A stretch of 64,000 bases of DNA from Nemertoderma westbladi (taxonomy: Eukaryota > Animalia > Xenacoelomorpha): contig JAUCBJ010000961.1 in the NCBI GenBank assembly GCA_032718475.1, positions 1 through 64,000 of the forward strand, read 5' to 3'. Numbering within the stretch: position 1 is the stretch's first letter; each line of letters opens with the position of its first letter. Made by a program: the position numbers and the translations under genes. A model generated the notes under the pieces. It was not told the origin of the DNA. It made no database searches and saw nothing but the letters and a program-made list of their open reading frames with translations. Shown here piece after piece: positions 25,183 through 36,860 of the stretch.

Positions 25183-25549
25183 GCGAGAATTAAAACGCAG
25201 TCTGTAATCCAGTCGACCAACTACCCCAAAGGGTCTACAGCCCAGGGCGCCGCCATGCGGACACCAACGGAAATGTCCCCGGGTGGCGCCGAGCCCCAGT
25301 CCCCCGGTCTGACCTCCTCCCCCCCTCCCCCTAGCAACCAGCAGCCCCTCCCGCCCATGGTAGTGGCTGGACTGCCCCCCTCCCAGACGGTAGCCGCCGC
25401 TCCCATACATATGCACGGGGCGCCCCCTAGCGCCCAGCCGCAGCAACCGCAGACGTTGCAGCTGCTGACCGCGACCCCGGGTTTAGTGGCGGCCCAGACC
25501 CCGATGCAGGTCCAGCAGACAGTCGGGGGCCAGTTGCCTTTAATGCAAA
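25183..25549 (+). CDS. LARP4: LARP4 exon (RRM end ARIK plus Pro/Gln-rich region)
   Basis: TTCCAG|GCGAGAATTAAA = ARIK, the conserved end of the LARP4 RRM; donor A|GTGAGT, phase 1. Confidence 0.88.
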
Positions 25550-25883
25550 GTGAGTGTGTTTGCTCGGCTTACTGTTAGTTATCGAATCTCTATCACATTA
25601 GGTATCCTAGACTCGGACTGAAATAGGTTTAAAGGACGGAAGCTCTAATCTCTACGTGGTTTATATTTTATTTTACGAATTTTCCAATGTAAACAAAAGG
25701 ATCATAACTTAGACCGCTGAACTAATAAATAAAATTATAAAAAACTTTTTAAAATGACGAGTTACCCTAATAATCCAACCATTTTTGTCCGGGTAACATT
25801 TTTTGCCCTAAAGTATATAAACCTATTTAACCTCTTGTTGTTGGATATTATTGAACATTGCTTCGCGGTTGCGGTGTGTATAA

Positions 25884-26020
25884 TATTTGCATCCCGCAGA
25901 ACTTCGTGTTGTTTTTATCGACATTGAAGCCTTGAAGGGATTCTATAGTAACTGGTTTATTTTCCATGTTTAACGGTATTAATTGGATGGCTATAATAGT
26001 CGTTTGGGAATAAACTACAA
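25884..26020 (+). repeat. Dispersed ~135-bp repeat, copy 2
   Basis: Near-identical to 22914-23047. Confidence 0.85.
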
Positions 26021-26186
26021 AATTAACCTATTTATAATTCGTTTATTTGTGTTATTTTTCGTGGACAGCACTCTCTCTGCTTCTAATTTCTATTTTTCTA
26101 TATGTATATCTATATTATAATATCGCTCACCTATATTCGTGGCTCGCCCCCACATTGTAATCGTTGAATTAATATCTTGTTTGTAG

Positions 26187-26464
26187 ATCTACCTGGAGGT
26201 TCCGTGATCATACCGGGTGTCGGTGGACAGACACCCACGTCTATGGTGACCCCCACTGGCGGTGCGCAGCCCTACCTGGGCCAGGGCGGTATGCCGCCGG
26301 CGGCGGCGGCCGCCTCCCTAGCCGCCGCGGCCCAGTACATCCAGCAGACCCCCTACTCCCCCCAGGCCGGGGGCCAGGCCCCCCACTACCGATCCTTCCC
26401 AACCACGCCGGTCTCAGCCGGTCTGCAGTTACAGTCCGGAGCCCCACCAGCCGCCGCCGCCCAG
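26187..26464 (+). CDS. LARP4: LARP4 low-complexity exon
   Basis: TTGTAG|AT (phase 1) to CAG|GTACAC (phase 0); GC-rich block within AT-rich introns, in frame with both neighbours. Confidence 0.8.
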
Positions 26465-26705
26465 GTACACCAATCCTGCGATTTATTAGAATTTATTTCA
26501 TTACCAATAAATTTGACTGAAAATCTATGAAGAATTATATTTTTTTGTATTTTTATACCTTTTGAGTATTTTTTTATTAGATACACCCCAAGTCGGGGTA
26601 AATATAAATTATAATATTGGTAATATGTAGGTATGTAGGTATGTACGGTAGAATGTAGTTAAGATTACGTACGCGCACAGTAAATCATAATTATACTAAT
26701 AGTTT

Positions 26706-26882
26706 GGGTCAGAGTAAAACGCGGATCCGGATCAGGATCCGGATTCTATCATTTAACATTGTCCCTATGGAAGTCGACTGAATTTACATTATCCGTATCC
26801 GTATTACATTATCCGTATTACAGGATCCGTATCCGGATCCTGAATCCGGATCCGGATCCGGATCCGCGTTTTACACCTACCC
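26706..26882. mobile_element. MULE-type palindromic MITE with 9-bp TSD
   Basis: TIR GGGTCAGAGTAAAACGCGGATCCGGAT / ATCCGGATCCGCGTTTTACACCTACCC with (GGATCC)n arms; TSD TAATAGTTT at 26697-26705 and 26883-26891. Confidence 0.88.
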
Positions 26883-26986
26883 TAATAGTTTAAGGTAAAA
26901 TATTATATGAAAATTATTATAATTAAGCTAGTAAATGCACACAGTTATTAATTATGGTTATAAATAAGGCAATGCTAGTACGCTTG

Positions 26987-27084
26987 AGTGTTTTATAACG
27001 CTTATTTATGTCTTATAACCTGTACAGATGCTAATTCGTTTATTGTTTTGGTTAGATTCAGTCCTTCTGTAATACTGGTATTCT
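26987..27084 (-). repeat. Partial inverted copy of the 5827-6106 element
   Basis: Reverse complement GAATACCAG..TTACAGAAGGACTGAATCTAACCAAAACAATAAACGAATTAG..ACAGGTTATAAGACATAAATAAGCGTTATAAAACACT aligns to 5891-6009. Confidence 0.8.
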
Positions 27085-27445
27085 GAAAAAAAAAGGAAGT
27101 AGAACAGCAGAAAGTTTCATATACTTCACATATTCGTTTTTAAAACATCCCGAACAGTCTGTTTTTCTTAACTTCGGCCTATGATTGCATTGTATGCCTA
27201 TGGGGGTTTGTCTTTATTTGTATACCTTTGAGACTGTCGTTTGGGGTATATTTAATAATTAGTAACCCAGGCATATTGTGTATGTATCGGTGATCATCTG
27301 ATCTGTTTTAGAGGTCGTTCTTCGGATGATAACGGTAAAAGGAATCGGCCTTAGGGTCGACTATCGTGTTTAGCGTCGTAAAATGTTGTTGTGTTGTTTA
27401 GCGTTGTTGTGTGTTCCTGTTGTTTTATTACAATATTCCCCGCAG

Positions 27446-27741
27446 GTGGCCTATCACCAATCAGCTGCGGCCCTCCAGTACCCCTACTCACAGACTGGCG
27501 GAGGCCACCCTACCGGCTCCCATCTGGTCCCGTCCGGGCATCCCGTGGGCGGCTCCCTCTACGCCATGTCGGGCACGCCCCCTGGCGGCAGCGTGGTCCC
27601 TGTCTCGATCGGGAGCGCCGGCCTGTACAACCCCGGTTCCAACCTGTCCCTGACCACCAACGCGGTCCAGTCCCAGTCTGCCGTCGCCGGCTCCCAAGGG
27701 GCCAACCGGTACCAACAGATACCTCTGTTGTACAACACACC
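27446..27741 (+). CDS. LARP4: LARP4 low-complexity exon
   Basis: CCGCAG|GTG GCC (phase 0) to CC|GTGAGT (phase 2); in frame. Confidence 0.8.
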
Positions 27742-27876
27742 GTGAGTATCTCTTATACAAATAATGAAAGAAAGTTAACTAAAGCAACTCGATATGGAGT
27801 TTAGTTATTATTAATTGCTCAAAACATTGATTAATTATTATAATATGGTTAGGCAATACAGAACGTCGTTATTACA

Positions 27877-28097
27877 GAGACAGGTTGTCCAGGTGGTTAT
27901 AGCGTCTGCCTTCCAATCGGAAGGTCGTGAGTTCGAGCCCATGAAAAGGAATCGCCCAGTTTTCTTTACGCTCTTCACGCAGCTGTAATGGGAACCTGAC
28001 ATATAATGGCGTAGAAAATAAAAGGGTTGGATATGAGTTAGTGTGACGCCCCCCGTCTTATAGGTAACAGCCAAGAGAGAGGAGGAGCCTTCGTTTT
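27877..28097 (+). mobile_element. tRNA-derived SINE (intronic)
   Basis: A-box-like TCCAGGTGGTTA, B-box GAGTTCGAGCCC and a tRNA-like head. The body motif CAGCTGTAATGGGAACCTG is shared with the SINE at 46650 (CAGCGGTATAATGGGAACCTG). No intact acceptor stem. Confidence 0.65.
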
Positions 28098-28168
28098 CAG
28101 TTTTCCACGATAATTTAATCTAAATTTATAACAGATTATTATATTTAATATGTTTTTGTTCCCAACAG

Positions 28169-28352
28169 ATACCAGACAGCTGCTATGGCGACTCCGTCGT
28201 TGTATTGGACGTCGCCCGGTACCGGGTTCGTTGCCGCCACCGGTAACTGGCCGGGCCCCACTGCCGCCTACTACGACCCGGCCACCGGCCTCTTTCAGCA
28301 GGCCATATTCGCGCCGCACGGTCCCGCGACCAACGGCTTCTCCGGCACACAG
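28169..28352 (+). CDS. LARP4: LARP4 exon
   Basis: CAACAG|A TAC (phase 2) to CAG|GTTGGT (phase 0); YQTAAMATPSLYW..FSGTQ. Confidence 0.78.
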
Positions 28353-28808
28353 GTTGGTACTATCGCTATACAACCCAGATATTATGTTTCATTCCTATAA
28401 TAATACATTATATAAGATAAGGATTGACGATGCTGTATTGTGTGCTCCAATATAAAGATTCAGCTTTATTAATCCATTACTATACGCTTGTACTTCTATC
28501 CATTTGTCCATAGGAGTTGAGTTGATATTACATGTAGTCGGAGTGGAGATATTGATTTGTTTCCATTTTTCTCCCGCTGCACTGCGTGATTGATTACTTT
28601 TCTCCTTTCTACTACTAGACAGTAAAGCAATGAGAATTATAAGTTTATATTGACATTAATGGATGTGGAGGGTGGGGGGGGGGGGGGGGGGGGGGTATTC
28701 GATTTGGGACTTCGGAATAACTCTGGCTGGGTATAGTGGGCAGAATAGTGTCTCCGGTCAATTTATGTTTGTCGATTTTAATATTATGTTATTTATATTT
28801 GGTTTCAG

Positions 28809-30068
28809 CCCAAGATCGTTCCTACTATTCCGGCCGCCACGCCTATAGGTAACCACGGCAACCATGGCAGACCCGGTAACTTTCTTGGCCGCAGGACGAG
28901 TCCCAAACCCTCGACGATGGGACCCCGGAGTCTGAGTACCGGGTCGTCTACCGGGGGACGGGACGCGCTCGCCGCCCAACCCGGCCCCGACCCCTCGCCG
29001 CCGTCCCCCCGGGGACCGGGCCACCCGACGGGGCCCCCCGGCGGCCCGGCGTCCCCCCTCCCCCCGGAGCCGCCCGCGGAGCCCCTCAACCCGGTCCGGG
29101 ACTCCCCGCCCGAGGCCGAACGGACTCGCTACGTCGACTCGATCGGGCCGCGACTCAACCGGGGCCTCCCCCCGCCCGGCGCGCCGCACAGACTGCCGCC
29201 CCATCATCCGCGCGCCGGCCAGCCCACCGAGGTCTCCCTCAGCGGGCTCGTCGCCCAGAAGTCGGCGCGGCACCAGCCGACGCAACGTCGCGGCGGCGGC
29301 GTGGCTCCGGCCGTCGGAGTCGGTCGTACAGCGCGGGTCCCGCCGCGGGGAGTCGGACGACGCCTCGGCGACGAGGAACCCTCGGAGGAGTCCGACGGGC
29401 TCCACCACGAAGCCACTCCTCCCGACATGACGGCGGCCCAGTTCCCGCCGCTCCAGTCGACCAACGAGGACGTTGTCGTCGCCTCGGTTGTACAACTCCA
29501 GCCGGTATCTTCGCCTCTCGTTGCTACGAACGGCGGCCACGCGACAACCGCCCCCGTCAAAGACTTTAAGAAATTCTCGTCTCCCGCGGTTGTTGCTGTT
29601 GTTTCCCCGAAACCGGTAGTGGAGTCGACGTCGTTGCCGGCGTCGCCGGTTCGCTCGCCGAGCCCGGTGAATGGCGCCTCGACCGAGTCATCCGGCTCGG
29701 TTAAACCCTCGTCCTCAGTGGACGCGCTATCCGAGGCGGTGGAGTCGTTGGGCTCGGGCGGCTCGCGTCGCAGCTATGCCGACATCGCGAGGGCCCCGGG
29801 ACGGCCGACGGAGGCCTCCGGGGTCTGGAAGGACGACGAGTCGGTGGACAGCGAGCCCAGCGAGCCACCGACGCCGGGAGGGGGCGGGGGGCCCCCGGAG
29901 GAGCGACCCCCGTCGCCCCACGGGGGCGGTCCCCCCCACGGGGGCTACCGACGCGGCTACAACGACCGCGGTTACTACGGGGGCCGAGGCGGCGGTCGCG
30001 GGGGACGCGGTTACTATGACGACAGGCCGCCCCGAGGCGGACGTGGCGGGCGGTCCTTCAGGAACTGA
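28809..30068 (+). CDS. LARP4: LARP4 terminal coding exon (PAM2-like FPPL motif, SYAD motif, RGG tail)
   Basis: TTTCAG|CCC, phase 0, open to TGA at 30068. PDMTAAQFPPL and RRSYADIAR resemble the conserved LARP4 C-terminal motifs (..NFPPL, ..SYAEV). Confidence 0.85.
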   Translation, partial: PKIVPTIPAATPIGNHGNHGRPGNFLGRRTSPKPSTMGPRSLSTGSSTGGRDALAAQPGPDPSPPSPRGPGHPTGPPGGPASPLPPEPPAEPLNPVRDSPPEAERTRYVDSIGPRLNRGLPPPGAPHRLPPHHPRAGQPTEVSLSGLVAQKSARHQPTQRRGGGVAPAVGVGRTARVPPRGVGRRLGDEEPSEESDGLHHEATPPDMTAAQFPPLQSTNEDVVVASVVQLQPVSSPLVATNGGHATTAPVKDFKKFSSPAVVAVVSPKPVVESTSLPASPVRSPSPVNGASTESSGSVKPSSSVDALSEAVESLGSGGSRRSYADIARAPGRPTEASGVWKDDESVDSEPSEPPTPGGGGGPPEERPPSPHGGGPPHGGYRRGYNDRGYYGGRGGGRGGRGYYDDRPPRGGRGGRSFRN

Positions 30069-30734
30069 CGGATTCCGCATCTATTCGACGACACATTCGG
30101 CTGTTACGCTGTCTATGAACTGAACATTGGTTTCACCAACCAGTATTATTTACTCCAGGCAGTAATGACGTAATGCTTTTCTATGGTACTTTCCATTTGT
30201 CCTTGTACCCATTATTTGTTTAATATTGGCCCATTGTGTAAGTTCGTTACCCCGGGTTACTATGCACTGTGTATTATTGCCTCGCTGCCAACCCTAATGA
30301 GGGTATTTAATGATGGTTGATGGTGGATCTAACATTGTGTACCCCAGTGGCTCCTCTTTGTTATATTCGCGCGATACTAATTTTGGCGTTGTGTGATTGG
30401 ATAAGATTGAACTAATTAATCTTCCCCCCTACACCACATGTGGAGGAATTATTAAATAATTAACATTAATATGGTTGTAATTGCTACTGTTGATTGCGTC
30501 AATTGGTCTGCGTCCTGTTTAGTTGTTGATGACGTGATTTACATGGCGTGCTGTGCTGTGTTATTGTAAAGTGACAGATCGGCGGTGCACATTTAGGTAT
30601 TTGTCTGGTCTAAAACATATTCTTTGACAATGTGTGGTGGTCATGGCTACCAGAGGTGGTAAAATGTCAATTTTATGATGATGTTATTATTTTTTTAAAA
30701 GTTAAATTATGCATATTGAAATAGTGAAGGGCGC

Positions 30735-32430
30735 TCCGGGTTGTGTTATGTCACCGGTTTCTTGGAAGTTATATGACGTCATACTATTTCCGGGTTATAG
30801 GAAGGACGCACTACTTCCGGGTAGTATTTCACGGTTTCTTGGAAGTTATATGACGTCATACTATTTCCGGGTTATAGGAAGGACGCACTACTTCCGGGTA
30901 GTGTTTCACGGTTTCTTGGGAGTTATATGACGTCATCCTACTTCCGGGTTATAGGAAGGACGCACTACTTCCTGCTAGTGTTTCACGGTTTCTTGGAAGT
31001 TATATGACGTCATGCTATTTCCAGGTTGTAGGAAGGACGCACTACTTCCGGGTAGTGTTTCACGGTTTCTTGGAAGTTATATGACGTCATCCTACTTCCG
31101 GGTTATAGGAAGGACGCACTACTTCCGGGTAGTGTTTCACGGTTTCTTGGAAGCTATATGACGTCATACTATTTCCGGGTTATAGGAAGGACGCACTACT
31201 TCCGGGTAGTGTTTCACGGTTTCTTGGGAGTTATATGACGTCATCCTACTTCCGGGTTATAGGAAGGACGCACTACTTCCTGCTAGTGTTTCACGGTTTC
31301 TTGGAAGTTATATGACGTCATGCTATTTCCAGGTTGTAGGAAGGACGCACTACTTCCGGGTAGTGTTTCACGGTTTCTTGAAAGATATATGACGTCATCC
31401 TACTTCCGGGTTATAGGAAGGACGCACTACTTCCGGGTAGTGTTTCACGGTTTCTTGGAAGCTATATGACGTCATACTATTTCCGGGTTATAGGAAGGAC
31501 GCACTACTTCCGGGTAGTGTTTCACGGTTTCTTGGGAGTTATATGACGTCATCCTACTTCCGGGTTATAGGAAGGACGCACTACTTCCGGGTAGTGTTTC
31601 ACGGTTTCTTGGAAGTTATATGACGTCATCCTACTTCCGGGTTATAGGAAGGACGCACTACTTCCGTGTAGTGTTTCACGGTTTCTTGGAAGTTATATGA
31701 CGTCATCCTACTTCCGGGTTATCGGAAGGACGCACTACTTCCGTGTAGTGTTTCACGGTTTCTTGGAAGTTATATGACGTCATCCTACTTCCGGGTTATC
31801 GGAAGGACGCACTACTTCCGTGTAGTGTTTCACGGTTTCTTGGAAGTTATATGACGTCATCCTACTTCCGGGTTATAGGAAGGACGCACTACTTCCGGGT
31901 AGTGTTTCACGGTTTCATGGAAGTTATGACGTCATCCTACTTCCGGGTTATAGGAAGGACGCACTACTTCCGGGTAGTGTTTCACGGTTTCTTGGAAGTT
32001 ATATGACGTCATCCTACTTCCGGGTTATCGGAAGGACGCACTACTTCCGTGTAGTGTTTCACGGTTTCTTGGAAGTTATATGACGTCATCCTACTTCCGG
32101 GTTATCGGAAGGACGCACTACTTCCGTGTAGTGTTTCACGGTTTCTTGGAAGTTATATGACGTCATCCTACTTCCGGGTTATCGGAAGGACGCACTACTT
32201 CCGTGTAGTGTTTCACGGTTTCTTGGAAGTTATATGACGTCATCCTACTTCCGGGTTATAGGAAGGACGCACTACTTCCGGGTAGTGTTTCACGGTTTCA
32301 TGGAAGTTATATGACGTCATTCTACTTCCGGGTTATAGGAAGGACGCACTACTTCCGGGTATTGTTTCATGGAAGTTATATGACGTCATACTATTTCCGG
32401 GAAGTAGGAAGGACACTACTTCCGGGTTGT
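30735..32430. repeat. 77-bp minisatellite, about 22 copies, carrying CRE and ETS motifs
   Basis: Unit TTCTTGGAAGTTATATGACGTCATCCTACTTCCGGGTTATAGGAAGGACGCACTACTTCCGGGTAGTGTTTCACGGT; period 77 (cacggt at 30830, 30907, 30984). Confidence 0.96.
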
Positions 32431-33273
32431 TTTGCGCTGCACTGCTTTCGGCCTACTTCTAGGAGAGTTGATATTAATATTATGTGCATTTTTTGTGCTG
32501 CCGCCTTTATTAATTTCGTATTTGAGATGAGTTTAAGGGAATTCACCACCCCGCGCATGTCACATAAATTATTCGCTTACCTTTTCTGGGCTGTAAACGA
32601 TTCCCTATGCCGACTCTCATCAACGCCGTAACAATGTTATATTTGTTGTTGTTTGTTTGTTTGTTTAACAATTGAGTCTGTGACGTTGTTGTTGACTTTA
32701 TAAACCCGCTAGATTGGGTGGTGCAAGATTCCCATGACGTCATACTATCGACGGTATGTTTGTTTAACTCGCGTGCTATTATAGTACCGTCAACTCCTGT
32801 GGTCCACTCTGTTATTAATAGGTCGATAGATTTATTTTTTTATATATAAAAAGTAATTATTAAAATGTACAAAAACAGTTACAAATATTATTAACGCATA
32901 GAGTGGGGTGAGGGGTATTATGGGGTATACGTAACATTTACAATGTATAATCTCTCTAGACAGTATTTTCTTTTGGAATATTTGTTTACGTTTGTCATTA
33001 TATTCTAGGATGGGGTTTGTTTGGTTTAATAAGTTCTCACTTATTGGTGGTGGGAGGTGTGTTTGTTAGGCCCGCTTCTCTTGCACGTAAGTAACATTTT
33101 TTCGAAAAAGTTCAGAAACAAAAATCCGCAGTTTGCGAAATAGTTAAATACGAAACAAAGGGTGGGCGAGGGGTTAAAAAAATTGATTAACTTTATTTTA
33201 CTCTGATTACTTTTTTTAAGTCTAGAGCTGAGATCGTATTAATAATTAACAGGATATTTAGCCACACGCGCTA

Positions 33274-35498
33274 GCTTGTAGACCCAGCTGTTTACGTGGC
33301 TTGTAGACCCAGCTGTATACGTGGCTTGTAGACCCAGCTGTATACGTGGCTTGTAGACCCAGCTGTATGTGGCTTGTAGACCCAGCTGTATACGTGGCTT
33401 GTAGACCCAGCTGTATACGTGGCTTGTAGACCCAGCTGTATACGTGGCTTGTAGACCCAGCTGTATACGTGGCTTGTAGACCCAGCTGTATACGTGGCTT
33501 GTAGACCCAGCTGTATACGTGGCTTGTAGACCCAGCTGTATACGTGGCTTGTAGACCCAGCTGTATACGTGGCTTGTAGACCCAGCTGTTTACGTGGCTT
33601 GTAGACCCAGCTGTATACGTGGCTTGTAGACCCAGCTGTTTACGTGGCTTGTAGACCCAGCTGTATACGTGGCTTGTAGACCCAGCTGTATACGTGGCTT
33701 GTAGACCCAGTTGTATACGTGGCTTGTAGACCCAGCTGTTTACGTGGCTTGTAGACCCAGCTGTATACGTGGCTTGTAGACCCAGCTGTATACGTGGCTT
33801 GTAGACCCAGCTGTATACGTGGCTTGTAGACCCAGCTGTATACGTGGCTTGTAGACCCAGCTGTATACGTGGCTTGTAGACCCAGCTGTTTACGTGGCTT
33901 GTAGACCCAGCTGTATACGTGGCTTGTAGACCCAGCTGTATACGTGGCTTGTAGACCCAGCTGTATACGTGGCTTGTAGACCCAGCTGTATACGTGGCTT
34001 GTAGACCCAGCTGTATACGTGGCTTGTAGACCCAGCTGTTTACGTGGCTTGTAGACCCAGCTGTTTACGTGGCTTGTAGACCCAGCTGTATACGTGGCTT
34101 GTAGACCCAGCTGTTTACGTGGCTTGTAGACCCAGCTGTTTACGTGGCTTGTAGACCCAGCTGTATACGTGGCTTGTAGACCCAGCTGTTTACGTGGCTT
34201 GTAGACCCAGCTGTATACGTGGCTTGTAGACCCAGCTGTTTACGTGGCTTGTAGACCCAGCTGTATACGTGGCTTGTAGACCCAGCTGTTTACGTGGCTT
34301 GTAGACCCAGCTGTTTACGTGGCTTGTAGACCGAACTGTTTACGTGGCTTGTAGACCCAACTGTTTACGTGGCTTGTAGACCCAGCTGTTTACGTGGCTT
34401 GTAGACCCAGCTGTTTACGTGGCTTGTAGACCGAACTGTTTACGTGGCTTGTAGACCCAACTGTTTACGTGGCTTGTAGACCCAACTGTTTACGAGGCTT
34501 GTAGACCCAGCTGTTTACGTGGCTTGTAGACCCAGCTGTATACGTGGCTTGTAGACCGAACTGTTTACGTGGCTTGTAGACCGAACTGTTTACGTGGCTT
34601 GTAGACCCAACTGTTTACGTGGCTTGTAGACCCAACTGTTTACGAGGCTTGTAGACCCAGCTGTTTACGTGGCTTGTAGACCCAACTGTTTACGTGGCTT
34701 GTAGACCCAGCTGTTTACGTGGCTTGTAGACCCAGCTGTTTACGTGGCTTGTAGACCCAACTGTTTACGAGGCTTGTAGACCCAGCTGTTTACGTGGCTT
34801 GTAGACCCAACTGTTTACGAGGCTTGTAGACCCAGCTGTTTACGTGGCTTGTAGACCCAACTGTATACGTGGCTTGTAGACCCAACTGTTTACGTGGCTT
34901 GTAGACCCAGCTGTTTACGTGGCTTGTAGACCCAACTGTTTACGAGGCTTGTAGACCCAACTGTTTACGAGGCTTGTAGACCCAGCTGTTTACGTGGCTT
35001 GTAGACCCAACTGTTTACGTGGCTTGTAGACCCAACTGTTTACGTGGCTTGTAGACCCAGCTGTTTACGTGGCTTGTAGACCCAGCTGTATACGTGGCTT
35101 GTAGACCCAACTGTTTACGTGGCTTGTAGACCCAACTGTTTACGAGGCTTGTAGACCCAGCTGTTTACGTGGCTTGTAGACCCAGCTGTATACGTGGCTT
35201 GTAGACCCAGCTGTTTACGTGGCTTGTAGACCCAGCTGTATACGTGGCTTGTAGACCCAGCTGTATACGTGGCTTGTAGACCCAGCTGTTTACGAGGCTT
35301 GTAGACCCAGCTGTTTACGTGGCTTGTAGACCCAACTGTTTACGTGGCTTGTAGACCCAACTGTTTACGTGGCTTGTAGACCCAACTGTTTACGTGGCTT
35401 GTAGACCCAGCTGTTTACGTGGCTTGTAGACCCAGCTGTATACGTGGCTTGTAGACCCAACTGTTTACGTGGCTTGTAGACCCAACTGTATACGTGGC
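33274..35498. repeat. 25-bp minisatellite, about 89 copies
   Basis: Unit GCTTGTAGACCCAGCTGTWTACGTG. Confidence 0.97.
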
Positions 35499-36627
35499 GG
35501 GATTTAGGAATGAAAATTTAATCAAATTTATTGCAGTAATTCGTAGATTACGCGGTTAACCCCTTTTTTTATTCCACTTTATTTCCCTAAATATTATTTA
35601 CAAACACTCCCTTTTCTATGGTAAGTTGACTGGCGCGTTAAATTCTCATCAACAAATAGGATTCTGCGACATATTTGTTCTGGGGAATTAATATTTTATT
35701 GTAAATATATTATATTATTACTTATTAGAAATTGAAATGTCTCACTCTCGTATTAGAGTAATATGTTACTGATGGTGCAGAAAACAGCTGTGTGTTAAAA
35801 TAACGGCCGGATTGTTAACATTATATTTTCATTATCATTACATTTACTATCATTATCAAAGCCCTTAAAATTATCTTACCGGTATATACAACACTTTTTT
35901 AACCTCCAAAATATTTTTCGCATTTTTTTTTGAGGACGTTAATAATAATAACATGGTGTCCGGACCATATTAACGCGTCTGACATGTGTGTTTTGTTTAA
36001 AAAAAACTAAACTCTGATCTTATAACGTGCTAATGTAATTTTTCCTAATTAATATTTATAATGTGACAAAAAAAAATATAAAATGTCATATTATTCCGAA
36101 AAATTAAACAATAAAAATGTGTTGTACCTAAATTTATATAGTTCTCGGTACCGTAGGATGTTATTTGGAATTGGCTGTGGAAAAACTATTGAAATTAAAT
36201 ATTATTTTTTAATTGTTCAATTTTTTACTTTGTCTTTGTTAATTAATATTACATACCTACGTATTTGTCTTTTTTTTTCGCTCTTTCAAAGCGAATTTAG
36301 GATTATTCAATTGTAATTTGACTTATTGCATAATTACCATATAATTTGTTTTAACAAAGTTATTAATATTGGTAAATTAATCATTTAGTATTATGTATAT
36401 CTTTATTTTGTTCGACTGTCTGTCTAATCGCTACAACAAAGACCCATTTTATACCAACGCATCAATAACGGCTTCTCATATAAATTAATGATCTACTCGA
36501 TCGCAAATTATAATCGATCTTTTACAATATTGAATTAATTGACTCGTCAATATTCTTTATTAGTTACCCGTGGTTACCCGTTCATCGGAACTCCCGCTCA
36601 GGAAATTTTATAGCTGACGTTATAGTA

Positions 36628-36860
36628 ACATTGTTCTAGAATGTTATTGATATGACTAATGTTCTAGAATGTTATTGATATGACTAATGTTCTAGAATGT
36701 TATTGATATGACTAATGTTCTAGAATGCTCGTGTTATCGATATTAACTTTGTTCTAGAATGCTGGTGTTATCGATATGAACATTTTTCTAGAATCATACT
36801 GTTAAACATTGTTCTAGAATGTTAATGTTATTGGTATGAACATTGTTCTAGAATGTTATT
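36628..36860. repeat. Degenerate 28-33-bp tandem repeat centred on TTCTAGAA
   Basis: AATGTTCTAGAATGTTATTGATATGACT three times, then diverged copies; eight TTCTAGAAT cores. Confidence 0.8.

Noticed and set aside
27877-27945. Functional tRNA-Gly(TCC) gene
   Set aside because: The anticodon and acceptor stems do not pair properly, and the sequence continues into a SINE body shared with 46650-46912.
28674-28695. Poly-G tract (also 11228-11252) as a functional G-quadruplex
   Set aside because: These are simple homopolymers of unreliable length with no further support.
28758-30123. Antisense and alternative-frame ORFs over the last LARP4 exon
   Set aside because: They are expected shadows of very GC-rich coding sequence.
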